A stretch of 63,054 nucleotides of DNA, filler included, from Sphacelaria rigidula (Eukaryota): assembly GCA_964200075.2 (NCBI GenBank). It is 9 parts of 9 records of this genome, joined end to end, with 100 filler letters (N's around TTAATTAATTAA, not from the genome) between each part and the next. Parts side by side here need not be neighbours in the genome. Positions count along the whole stretch, not along the records: positions 21,054 to 27,970 come from CAXNAA020017412.1; positions 28,071 to 34,987 come from CAXNAA020017413.1; positions 35,088 to 42,004 come from CAXNAA020017414.1; 6 more parts are not named here. One strand, 5' to 3'. Made by a program: the position numbers and the translations under genes. The notes under the pieces are model-generated. The model was not told the DNA's origin, ran no database searches, and saw only the letters and a list, made by a program, of their open reading frames with translations. Positions 23,777-35,922 of this stretch are shown here, piece by piece (within the stretch, counting starts at the first letter, position 1; the number at the start of each line of letters is the position of its first letter).

Positions 23777-26545
23777 CTGAGAGAACGTTTGCATCAAAGA
23801 TACGAAAGATAGAAGGACCCGAGAAAATCAATAAAAAAAACAAAAACGGCGTCAACATATTTTAGCTCAAAGTGAGAGGACAAGAACTACAGATACAGGA
23901 AGATGTGGAGCAACAATTTCCCGAAGCATCCTTGGAATATTTCGCTTGGTATGTACGAGCTCATCACCCATATAACATGGGTTATGAATGACGGGCAACG
24001 ACACAACTTGTTATTTCTTGGTGACGCGCTACAAAATTCCAAGACCTGGAAAATATGGGAATAGTTGCATTAGGCCTTGCCTTTAAGCACTACAATTTTT
24101 CATGTCGCAACTATCGAACACGTACGAGGTGGGCCGGCCGAGAGGCGATCTTGTTATTTGCAGACCCCGCCTCACCTCAATTTTGAGAGATGGATTTTCA
24201 AATTAGGTACGGTTAATGAATGGAGAATAGTGAAAAATAATTACGGCGGGACGGAGAGTTTGTTTTTCGTGAGTTGAAGGCATTTTTTTGTACCCAGTTT
24301 TCAGGAAAATGCCGTCAAAGCACAAAAAATCTTCAACAAAACTTTCCGCTCCGGCGAAAATATTTTTATTGCGCCTCGTTCATTATCCGTACCAAAATTG
24401 AAGGTACAACTCGCGGAATTGAGGTAAGACGGGGCGATTTAGAAACTGATCCGGACGAAATACGGAAGAGTATTTTGGGATTAAAATTTTGTGTAGGACC
24501 TCGCCAGGCCATGATGAACCGAAAATGTGGGTCGGTATATTTCTTCACGTGTTCAGGACGTTTATTGTTTGGGGAAGACCTTATTTTCATGAGAACGTCC
24601 ATACCTCTCCAAAAAAAGAACACGGATATCCATTAATACTTTTCTTCAGGATGCCTTCACGACTCTTGATGCTAAGTTTCAAAACACGGTTATTGATATT
24701 GAGAGCTGGGAAACTGAGATGAGGTGCGAGAGCATCGTCCGTTTCCCCTCGAAAATTGCTGAAAAAAACAAGAGAAAATGAAGAAACGAGAGAAAAAAAA
24801 TACAATACTATTTACTTTATTACGCAATAGCGATCCTCCATACGAAATTTCAAAACAACACTCAAAAACTGAGACGCGATATCAACAATTAGCGCATACA
24901 GTGCCTCTGCCCGTAATATCTTGATTCTAGTGTAGAAACCTATGCGCGCCATATTTCGAGAGAAATGATAAGAACTAGGCAAGTGTGATGGTGTCGATAG
25001 ATCAAAAACAGCGGAGAGAAAAATGCGAGATTCGATGAAAGATGACTACTCCGGACGCAGACCTGTGCATGAGCGGTCATTTTTCAACACTATATCGGAG
25101 ACATACAACAGTACCGTGGTGTCACCCCTACAGACCCTACCAACGGGAATTAGTGGATCCGCAGCGTGTTTGGTGTCTGAGCAGGACAGTGGTGGTGCTG
25201 TTGCGCCTCCCGACACTTGTGGGGATGAGCAGGTCCGCACATCATACATGAAGGAACTACACGACCATACGAGCATTGGTACCGGCGGCATAAAGGTCAG
25301 GCTGACCATATCACACCACCTGGGGGTCATGGGGTGTTCCGTGTCGTATATCTGACCGGATAAGGTGAAAAGGTATTCATCATGGTGCGGAACAGAGCGT
25401 ATGAAGGGGTATACTGGCGAAAAAGAAAAAGAAATAAACACGGTTGCATGTCGTCCCTCATCAAAACAAACCCATCTTCAAGAGATGAGTAAATTTTGTG
25501 GAACATCGTGCACCATTCGTCCGAATTTAGAGCGTTTGAAAAAACACCTCGTGTTCGATCTACCTGAACCGTATCTACAACCGCTTTTTGGTAGATGAAT
25601 CAGCTCATTCGAAATCAGCTGCCGGATATTTCCGGTACACCGACCATGGCCTTTCCTTTCGCTGTACAGGTTGCACCCTCTGGAGGATGCGGGGCCGACA
25701 GTCGCCACCTACACACACATGCATGTAGTTCGTATCGTCAAATTTTCAAACCCTCGCTTCCCCAGGGACGAGCCTGTACACTCAGGGGATGAACCCATCT
25801 GTTCTCCTGTACACGCTCAATGTTCCAGTATCGCGGAATTGATCACCCCCCCGGCACAGCGTCAACTTCCGTCGCCTTCCTTACTTATATTGCCCTCACG
25901 TTTCCAACGATGGATATCAGATACTCGCGGATATAAAAAAAAAAAAACGGATCAGCTGATATCCAAACCTCTCAACTCCGGCCTAACCGATTTCATGATT
26001 TACGGCTAGACGACGCAGGGGTGGGGCATATATATATATATATATATATATATTCGCCACGCTTTCAACCTCTCCCCTCCATCATGACGAGTCCGTAATG
26101 CCAAGGGATCAACCCATCTTGGTCTCCCGCAGTGAATTAGCAACCCCGCACCCCTTCGACTCTCGTCAAACAGACCTCCTTCGCTCCTCACGCCCTCGTA
26201 TTCTTGTATTTTCGACGACGGGAACCAGACACTTCTGCCAACGAAAAATCCGACGTGCATCCGGCGGATTCGACCACACATTCTTCGGTCCGAGCCGACG
26301 TCAGTCCCCCCAGTTCAGTTCAGAGTACTGAAAAGCGTATGGACGATGACCATCACTGCAAATGAGACCAATTCAGCCGATGTACACATGAACCGCCGAA
26401 CTTCCCTCCCGCCTGGTCCGGCAAAAACCCAGCATGCTCAGTCCCGGCTTTGTAGGGATGCGAGGTCAACGGTCATATGCAATATCATGAGCACAACCCT
26501 TCTCCCTATCGAGATGCAGACTTCTATTACTGTTAGTGAGCTTAC

Positions 26546-26642
26546 CGAGAATGTTGGCCGCCCTCTCGCTCAGGCCCTGCAGTGCCGACACAGGTGCCGC
26601 GAGGATCTCGGCCAAGGTCTTTGTCTCGTACTCGATGTCCAC
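26546..26642 (-). CDS. Penultimate exon of the same hypothetical protein
   Basis: Pyrimidine tract + CAG|GTG GAC ATC...ATT CTC G|GTAAGC encodes VDIEYETKTLAEILAAPVSALQGLSERAANIL(G), 97 bp. Not in the ORF track. Confidence 0.85.
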
Positions 26643-27329
26643 CTGAGTTCAAAACAAAAAACGAGGGTGAATACACCGGCAAGCTGTGGTCGTCTAGTCT
26701 GTTTAGTTTTTTCCTGTTTTGTTCAATCTCCCTCTCTTCATCTTCTCCCCCTGTCCACTTTCCTTTCCTCTGGTAAGCGAATGAATTATTCCTTCATGTT
26801 TTTAACGTGGGTACGTGTATCTTGTGGCCACAGCTGAACCTCTTGAAGACCAGTCAGTGTGCGACTAATAAATGGCACCATCCAAGTGCGCACGAGTTCA
26901 GAACTTGCTCGAATCGATTGCTGACATTGAAAATTTGCTTCCACGGTTGCTCTATCCAACTTATACGTCGCTCCGAGGATTGCATTCGTCCCTCCATCGT
27001 CCACAGCATTAGTACCGAACATTTGGGATGGCAAGCACAGAAATTGTGCGGAGAGGGGGGAGTGTAATCATGATCTTGCATGCGACTGATGCCGAGATAG
27101 CCCCCCACAAAAAGTGCACCGGGGACAGTCCGAAAAACTGGCTACGATTCAACTATTGGGCTTGCTTGCAGCAATTTCGCCCACATGAGAGGCGTGTAGC
27201 AATCCGAAATCAGCTATAACGCCATGATGGGTCGCGTTGTGCAGCGCGTCACCAGCACCGATGGCATTTATGATCATCGCCTCCGTGCACTTTTTTGGCC
27301 ACTTCGGGGGAGGGGGGGGGACTATCTCG

Positions 27330-27490
27330 GCAGCAGTCATGCGGTAGTCATAGGAAAACTGACCTCGCATCCCTACAAAGTCGGGACGGAGCACACCGGG
27401 TTTTCGCCGGACCAGGCTCGCAATCAATCACCAAGCGCAAAGCGCCGTGATGCTTCCGGCGAGTCGCACGAAGGATGGGCTGCATCCTGC
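27330..27490 (-). repeat. Dispersed repeat; copies at ~26410-26500 (+) and ~36740-36905 (+)
   Basis: TCCGGC.A.AACC.G..TGCTC.GTCCCG.CTT.GTAGGGATGCGAGGTCA is present in all three. Confidence 0.8.
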
Positions 27491-29601
27491 CAAGATTGTT
27501 CGGCCCGACGAGTACTAAAAATTTCAAAATAAATGCTGCTGGCCTGCAGTAGTACTTTGACACGCCCAACGACTCTTTAGTCGTCACTCAGGGGTCTCAC
27601 AACCAACCTCGAAAGATGCGACGATCAAGAGTCAAGGCTTACTACAAAATTTAGGAAATGAAAATCACCAACAGTCACTTCATTAGACGAATAATAACAT
27701 GTATGGATCACGGCCCGATTCGTCGGCGTCGATGAGTTATGCCTGTGACAGCTCAAGTTCGTTTCTAGGTTGGACCAGCTGTTGAGGTAGTCTAGTGGAT
27801 GTGTACATAGCCAACTCGAATGCTCTGCCACAAGACGTTCCGCGTTTCTGTTTATTTTCTCGGAGACGGGGGGGGGGGGGGGGGGGGGGGGGGTCGCGGG
27901 GGGTCCCTCCGAACCCCCCTAGCAAACTAAAAGAAAAAAAAAAAAAAACTTTATGGGAAGAAAAAAAAGANNNNNNNNNNNNNNNNNNNNNNNNNNNNNN
28001 NNNNNNNNNNNNNNTTAATTAATTAANNNNNNNNNNNNNNNNNNNNNNNNNNNNNNNNNNNNNNNNNNNNGCGCGCCCCACCCACCTACCACAGGACAGA
28101 CACAGGAGCGTAGATAACCCTCCAGAACAAAACCCTCCCCCCCCCCCCCCCCCCCCCCCACAAGCTTGGCTCCAAACAAGATATCTATAGCCAATCATCA
28201 AATCGAAGCCTTACGACCTCGGAAACAAAATATGTATTTCCTTTCCTTTCGGCCCCCCTACCTCGACAGTGGAACGCAAGTCATTGGCCAAAACAAATAC
28301 GCTCCTTAAGAGGATGAAACCACGGCCCTTGTGTTGTGTCGGCCATGATCCACAACCCGTGTCACTAGAGCGGCCAAGAAGCACACCGACAGCCGGTACC
28401 TACCGTGCCAAATCACGTCGAAACCACAAAAAAACAGCGTTGTTCTTCCCCATTCCAAGCTCAGAAAACCTTCACCATATACGTTTTTCTCCGCTCAACA
28501 ACGTCGACAATAGCAAGCGTCGACCAGCACAGTACAGCCCCCGACGCCTGTACGCTCCCCCCCTCATTAAATCCCTTCAACAGAAGAGTGGTAGTAGCAG
28601 TGTCAGTATTAGTCTCAGGAGTAGTACTGATACATCATAGGTGTACCCGTCTTATACTCATTTTTGTAACAAAATGCCATGTACCGCTGGCTACAAGACA
28701 AGACGTAGCAGGCACGGCAGGGTTAGGAAAGAAAGAAAGAAAGAAAAACGTATCTCCCGATAAGGGATACCCTATGTTGACACCATAATACACGCATACG
28801 CCGAATACCACCCCCTCGAAAATGCTCCCGGGGAAATAAAATGTTGGTTATTTTTGGCACCGTGGTGAAACCTGCGGTACCGTGTAAAGGTACGTAGGCT
28901 CAACACCCCCCTGGATAACTCAATTGAGGTGATAACGTTCCGGGAAAGTTATTCGAGTAATAGTCGCCCCGTTGGTGCAATATGGTGCTTTCCTACACGG
29001 CACGCTTCCGAGCGTACAAAATAAAATGTAACTGCCCCGTTCCCCCAAATCCAGCTCCCGTCAATGCAGGAGTAGAAATCAAATAAATGAACGCTTCCTC
29101 CCGTCCCCTTCGCATACAAAATTACAAAGACAAAGACAATTACAAACACAAACACGCATACCCGCACACACAGTTGGCCCTCGCGTAAAATTACAAAACA
29201 TCACGCAACATGAATGATGAAACAGGTCAAAAAAAAAAAAAACACGCACACGCATAGGACAGACAGCACAAAAACATCGCAGCGAAACACATCACACCAC
29301 ACCACATCATATCGTACCGCATCACATCACATCACATGACAGAAAAAAAAAAAAAATCAACTTGCTTGCTCTTCACTCTGTTTACCCTGCTTTCCTCATT
29401 GCATCGTTCCTTCTCTTCGATATACTTGCCCACCTTCCACTCGCAACCCATGAATCTCGCTTTTGCCTTGTGAGACACGCTACGATAAGGGAGTGAGGGG
29501 AGGGGGGGGGGGGGGGGGGGGGGGGGTGGATTTGGGCTTTCCTTACTACCAAATTAACAAATAAAAAAAAAGTAACAGGGGNNNNNNNNNGGTTGAGGGG
29601 T

Positions 29602-29669
<68 letters not shown>

Positions 29670-29860
29670 TTTTGGGCTTTTCCTTCCACGAAATTCTACT
29701 TCAAATCATCGTTGAAAGCGGCAGCGCTTGGTCGAAAGCACTTGTCGCCGATGAATACTGCTCATTCATACTGCTTGACAACGTTCTTACCCAATACGAT
29801 CGCACCGCGCGTGCGTCAAGTCGTCCGACACACCCACGGGCCCTTTTGTTCGTGGAATCA

Positions 29861-29898
<38 letters not shown>

Positions 29899-30143
29899 AC
29901 ACGACTTTTGTTCAGTCAAGAAGCCACTTGCAACTTATCCATCTCGCCTTACCCTGTTCAGCGAAGAAGTCACTCGCTGTTCATCCATTTCGTTTTTTGC
30001 TTGTCAAGCGAAGAAGCCCCAAAAACTCATCACTCCTCACGACCCCCAACAACTCCCCCTTTGCACCCCCGCTCCCTGCCCACCATAAAAAATAGACTCG
30101 CGACTGTACTGTCGAAGGATTCTACGCGCCCAACAATACAACA

Positions 30144-31120
30144 GAAAACACCATGGCCTTCCCAAGACCCCGGCAATCCGGTTTGAACTGGCCTCCTACT
30201 TGAAACAACCGTCCTTGGACTACTGGCCAAATGAAAAAAACACCAGACAATACCATGGCCCTCTCGCGACTCCGGTAATCTAGTTTAACCCGGCCTTTTC
30301 CTCAAAGCAACCGTCCTTGGACTACAGGCCGGAAAAAAAAAAGATAATATCACGGCCTTCCCACGACCTCGGCAAATCGGTTTCACCCGGCCTTGTACTT
30401 GAAACAACTGTCCGTGGACGATTAGCCAAACAAAAACACCCGGCAATACCACGACCCTCACATGACCCTGGCAGTCCGGTTCAGCCCGGTCTCCTACTTG
30501 AAACAGCTGTCCACGGCCCATTTGCAATTTGAAAACACCAGACAATACCATGGCCTTCCCACGACCCTGGCAATCCGGCTCAACCTGATCTTCTACTTGA
30601 AACAGCTGTCCACGGACTACTTGCCGAACAAAAACACCCGACAATACCACGGTCCTCACACGACCCTGGCAGCCCGGTTCAACCCGGTCTCCTACTTAAA
30701 AACGGCTGTCCACGACCCATTTGCCATATGAAAATACCGGACAATACCATGGCCTTCCCACGGCCCTGGCAGTCCGGTTCATCTCGGTCTCCTACTTGAA
30801 ACAGCTGTCCACGGACTCCTTGCCAAACAAAAACACCAGACAATACCATGGCCCTCCCACGACCCTGGCAGTCCGGTTCATCCCGGTCTCCTACTTAATA
30901 AGCTGTCCACGGACTCCTTGCCAAACAAAAACACCAGACAATACCATGGCCCTCACACGACCCTGGCGATCCAGCTCAACCGGGTCTCCGACTGAAAACA
31001 GCTATCCGTGGACCATTTGCCAAATAAAAACACCGGAAAATATCATGGCCTTCCCACGACCCTGGCAATCCGGCTCAACCCGGTCTCCTACTTGAAACAG
31101 CTGTCCGTGAACTGTTTGCC
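30144..31120 (+). repeat. ~100-bp tandem repeat, about 10 diverged units, with an inverted partial unit (~31219-31250) and a detached unit (~31260-31322)
   Basis: AAAACACC(A)GACAATACCATGGCC.TCCCACGACCCTGGCA.TCCGGTTCA.CCCGGTCTCCTACTTGAAACAGCTGTCCACGGAC recurs at ~30532, 30631, 30731, 30830 and 30927. Confidence 0.95.
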
Positions 31121-31762
31121 TACCAAGAACACAAGAAAACACATATAAGCACTAAGAAACACCAATAAAAAACAACGCAAACAAACACAAAATAAGAAGA
31201 ACGGAGACATGACCCAAGTGACAGTTGCTTTAAGTAGAAGGCCGGTTGAAATCGGAATGCCACGACCCTCTCACGACCCCTACAATCCGGTTTCGACCGG
31301 TCTTTCACTTAAAACAACTGCAACTTGGAATGTCTCCATTTCTTCATAAATTGCCCTCTTTTCACGTCATGACGGTCCCGGCTTGCTCCCCGATGGGCCT
31401 CGTCGTGCGTTGCGCATTACCTGATGTGTTTATTTTTTATGTTTCCGAAGCAAAAACGAAAGCGACGAACGAAGAATGGGGGACAGAAAAATGATAGCAA
31501 AAAAATTAAGAATTTCAACGAGCAGAAACGAGACCTTTTTTTCTGCTTCATTTTTCTTGCCCTTGCCACCAATCATATACACCCGCTCCCTCTCAACATC
31601 AACTGAGCGCCCTTGCAGTGCAGCCGGAGGAGAACTCAGCATGTACACACATGAAGTATGACAGACGAAACCAACAACGGCAACAGCAACAGCAACAGCA
31701 ACAACAACGAAGGGTCATCAAACGCCCCCGGCAAGCACACGCAAACCTGCGCAAGCACTCAC

Positions 31763-32098
31763 GTCGGCCGCCTTCGCCAAATCTTCGCTCCGTGTCATTG
31801 CCACTTCATCCAACGGCGCACCCTCAGCCTCATCTACTGTCCGCTCCGGGGCCTCCGTCGCCGCTTCCGCCCCTGCACCCCAGATTCCCCCCCCGCCGGC
31901 CTCCTGCGTTCGACTGCTCTCCAACCCCGGTCCCGCAGTCTTGCCCTCCTCGCCGCTGCCGCCGCTCAACCCCGCAGCCGCTTTCGCTTCCTTAGACACC
32001 AACCATCGGCGACTGTTGAAGACTTCAGCCGGTGGGGGCTTCTCGCCGATGGACTCCATGTACGCCAGGGGGTTCACAAACACGTCATCTTCCGTCTC
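31763..32098 (-). CDS. Exon 3 (of those visible) of an unknown Ala/Glu/Gly-rich protein
   Basis: TGCAG|GAG...GCC GAC|GTGAGT, 336 bp, phase 0-0, encodes ETEDDVFVNPLAYMESIGEKPPPAEVFNSRRWLVSKEA...LAKAAD. GC-rich codon usage. Confidence 0.75.
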
Positions 32099-32475
32099 CT
32101 GCACGTGCGTACCATCATGATTATTTTTTGTTTGTATGTGTGTGCAAGGGAAGGTCGGAGAGTTGGTCAGGTGGAGGCAACCAAACCGCTGTCCAACCGA
32201 AGGCTATCCATCCGAAGACAAGTGTATGCATGCGGTACGCTGTACAAACTGTTCAACTTTTCGGAACATATTCACTGCATGTACTATAGAAGGCGTTATG
32301 GCGGCGGGACGGGACAGGGGGGATGGAGGCGGGGCGGGGGCGGGGGCGTACTCAAATATTGCTTGCCTTAGTCCTTCGACCAGTGACCACGCATCCCTCT
32401 CGAGACGGAGCAATGGAGAGGGGCACCACACAGGTCAGCATATTTCTAATAAAAATGAAAAGAGAGGTGTGCTCA

Positions 32476-32955
32476 GGCCGCTCCTAATAATAGACAAGAA
32501 TAAAAAAATTGGAAAAGAGCCTTTCTGAGGCTTTTATGTTGTTTTACGCCCCAGAAGAGAGCCAGGCGGAGTTCGACACCTTGAAATGACTTGCGCTACT
32601 AGTTGAGGCAGTTCCAGGACATCTTCCGGTTTTCCCGTGGCCGCAGCTTTTATTTTGACCAAACGAGAATTTTTGTCCAAGAACGGTAAAAAACAGTCAA
32701 AACTAGAAGAAACCGGCACATTCATCTCGACTTGACTGTTTTTTACCGTTCTTGGACAAACATTCTTGTTTTGCCACAAAAAAAACTGCGGCCACGGGAA
32801 AATGGGAATATGTCGTGGAACCGCCTCAACCAGTAGAGCAAGTAATTTCAAGGTGTCCAACTCCGCCTAGCTTTCTTTTGGGGCGTGAAACGACGTAAAA
32901 GCTTCGAAAAGGCACTTTGGTAAATTTTTACTTTTATCCGTTGTAAGAAGCGGCC
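32476..32955. mobile_element. Tourist/PIF-Harbinger-type foldback MITE in an intron; a second copy starts at 48961
   Basis: TCA|GGCCGCT...AGCGGCC|TCA (perfect 3-bp TSD) with ~225-bp imperfect arms. The copy at 48961 is preceded by TAA. Confidence 0.85.
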
Positions 32956-33091
32956 TCACAGGGATTAACAGGATCAAATTATTCTCTCAAGCCGGGGTTA
33001 ATAAAACTCATGGTATTAATATCGGAGTATTTGGTCAAATATTACCAAATATTACCAAATAGCAGCCACACACACACACACACACACACAC

Positions 33092-33322
33092 CTCATCTGA
33101 ATCCGCAAAGAAGGTCCGTCCGAATCCTGGAGGTGGTAAGCTGTCGAGGGAATTTGCCACACCGCTTGCCGCTGCTGACTTCGCACCTTCTCCGATCCTA
33201 GACGATGATTGCTCCGACTTGGCGTTGTCTACGGCGCGGGAAAGCTCCTCCTCTTCGCTGGTGGTGGCCTTCGCTGCATCGCGCTCGCGAGCGGTTGCTT
33301 CCCGTTCGGCAGCAGCCTCCGC
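33092..33322 (-). CDS. Exon 2 (of those visible) of the same unknown protein
   Basis: TCACAG|GCG GAG...GAT GAG|GTGTGT, 231 bp, phase 0-0, encodes AEAAAEREATARERDAAK...GFGRTFFADSDE. Confidence 0.75.
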
Positions 33323-34390
33323 CTGTGACCAGAGGAGGGTGAACAGGGGTGCAAATGAAAATCCGTACATGTATAATTTGGAGGTGGTACATGTATGTAT
33401 ACAGTATACTGTAAATGCATACGGAAGTAGTACTGCAGTGTGATGATTTTCGAGTATCGTTATACATCATGATAAAAAAATGAAAATAATAATGTGGTAC
33501 GGGCGCGGCTCGTGATAAATTGGCACGAACTGTAAAGGGTGAGCGCGTGGGGGGGAGGTACTGCTTACGGCAAATAAAAAATAAAAACGACGTACGTCCC
33601 GATGCTCTAAACGGTCCGTCTCTCACCATTGTCACCATGAGGGTGGAGAGAACGCGGGTTCGATTCCGGATTCGTTTGGAGGGGGGGGGGGGGGTTCCCG
33701 AAGTATCTGATTTTCACATTCGAAAGTGGGAGTACGTACGTGAGTCGACAAAAAAAATAGTCGACTGAGTTTGCTTGATGTTGAGAGTTGACGCGTTGCG
33801 GGAGTGTTTAGTCATTTGACCTTTGACCATGCATCCCTTTCGAGACGGAGGGAGAGATGGTTGGTTGATCCCTCAACCCTTAGACCGCGAGAAGGGTAGG
33901 TTACCTGTTGAATCGTCGTCAACCTTCACTTGAAAAATGTGCGCGTGATCCAAATGGACTACCCGCACCGCGGTCCAAGGGTTAAGAGCACAAGACTCGT
34001 CCCAAGGAAGGGGAGGGGTTCCAAGTGCGACAAATAATAGGTTCAAAAAAATGTCCATACCAACACCACTGCCAACCTCGCAAATTTGTTCCGCATCTTC
34101 ATCCTTACTCGTGTCATCCGCTCGCCTTATATTTTTTGGCTCAAAATCATCTACTCATGGTGCAAATGGCCTGAAATCAGTTGATCAAAAACCATCATCC
34201 AACTACGTTGTGATTCCCCCTCTTGTCACATCCCCCTCGCTGTCCCGCAAATCGTGATTTGTTTTATTTTATTTTTGTTGCTTGAAACATTATCCGGAAG
34301 AGTGTTTCTCCTTCTTCCTCTTACAGTCAGTACAGCCAGGTAAGTGCTCAACAGGAGTAGGGTTTTTTCTTTTAAAATAACACACATATG

Positions 34391-34426
<36 letters not shown>

Positions 34427-34470
34427 TCCACAAAAAAAAATGTACAGTAGTAATACTTCCAGATACTCAC

Positions 34471-34575
34471 CTCAGCCTTCGCCGCCGCAGCCGCCTCCAT
34501 CCCGTGGTGTCCGTCGTTGTAGATTTCCTGTGCACTGTTGAGCTGACTGTTGATGGAGTCAAACTTGCGCTGGAT
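34471..34575 (-). CDS. Exon 1 (of those visible) of the same unknown protein
   Basis: CTTCAG|ATC CAG...GCT GAG|GTGAGT, 105 bp, phase 0-0, encodes IQRKFDSINSQLNSAQEIYNDGHHGMEAAAAAKAE. Confidence 0.72.
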
Positions 34576-34613
34576 CTGAAGCAGAATACCAAAAGAAATA
34601 ATGAAGGGGAGTG

Positions 34614-34980
34614 GACGCCCCGAGGGCGCAGTTGGTACCTTTGAAACCCCCTGACGGATGGGTCGTGAGTTCGAATCTCGGAGCGATCTGGGATTTTTTC
34701 CCACACCATGCCCAACAGTGGAGAGCGACCATGTCGTTGGTACACAAAATTCGACTCAACGATCGACGAGGGAAAGGGACTGTTAAACCCCACCCGCGAT
34801 AAGCAATGAAGGCAAGCACCGCAGATGGAAGGTGGAGTACTAAAAACAAACAAAAAAGAAAAAAACTCCTGTGTTGGGCTTCCTCCTGTGTGACCCCGGC
34901 TGGTGCGCCCACATATACCGAAAGGTGTAGACCGGCGCCCAGAATAGACGGGACGACAACACACGACACACACTCACATA
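34614..34980 (+). mobile_element. tRNA-derived SINE, copy 3
   Basis: GCCCCGAGGGCGCAGTTGGTA...GGGTCGTGAGTTCGAATCTC head, family body and CA-rich tail. Confidence 0.88.
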
Positions 34981-35554
34981 ATAATATNNNNNNNNNNNNN
35001 NNNNNNNNNNNNNNNNNNNNNNNNNNNNNNNTTAATTAATTAANNNNNNNNNNNNNNNNNNNNNNNNNNNNNNNNNNNNNNNNNNNNAGATATCAAACAC
35101 TTGTAGGGACCTCTTTGACATGCGGAGTGAAGAAAGATACCTATGGTGGTGACCTAACTGTTGCTAGCGTGGCGCATGGGCAATCTGCAGCACACATACG
35201 GTGGTCGCGTCGACAGCTCGGTACAGCACGAGTAGCTTCCCATAAGTAATAATTATTCCGATGTCAGAAGGTCATGGATTATCACAACTCGAAAGGAGAG
35301 ACGAGAGTGCTCTACGATCAACCGCATGTCGTTGCATTCGAGACCCACGCCATCAACCGCCGACAGCAAGGGTCTTGTGGCTTTCACGCGACGCTGTCGG
35401 CAGTACGCCAGGCAAACCGGATCATAGCTACCTCCCGTCTGCGCAGTGGTGGTCACACTAACAGACTACACCGATTTCGCAACACCTGTGAAAGCTGGAC
35501 AGTTTGATTTTCATGAGCTATATGCACTAATGAAAACGGTTCTGAAAAACGAAA

Positions 35555-35922
35555 CAGGCTGGTCCGCCCAAGAAACCACCAGGAATGTTGAAACGCATTT
35601 TCTTCGCTCAATTCTGGATCGTTCTCGATGAAATTTTGACACGATGTACAGGACGTATGTGCGAACAGCTGACCTTCCATCTCCTGTTTCGTTCTCTTCT
35701 TCTTCGTGAGTTATTGGCGAAGCAACATTTCAGAACAGTTTTTTTCGAGACAAAATTGCCAATAACTCACGAAGAAAAAGAAAAAAAAAACAGGGGATGG
35801 AAGGTCAGCTGTTCGCATATACGTCCTTTACATCGTGTCAAAATTTCATCGAGAACGATCCAGAATTGAGCGAAGAAAATGCGTTTCAACATTCCTGGTG
35901 GTTTCTTGGGCGGACCAGCCTG
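35555..35922. mobile_element. Young foldback MITE, Tc1/mariner-like ends
   Basis: CAGGCTGGTCCGCCCAAGAAACCACC... mirrored almost perfectly over ~165 bp with a ~40-bp loop. Right flank TA, left flank AA. Confidence 0.88.

Noticed and set aside
30144..31120. Repeat-protein ORFs or a CRISPR-like array
   Set aside because: The ~100-bp period with indels shifts frame, stops occur in the units, and whole units are homologous with no spacers.
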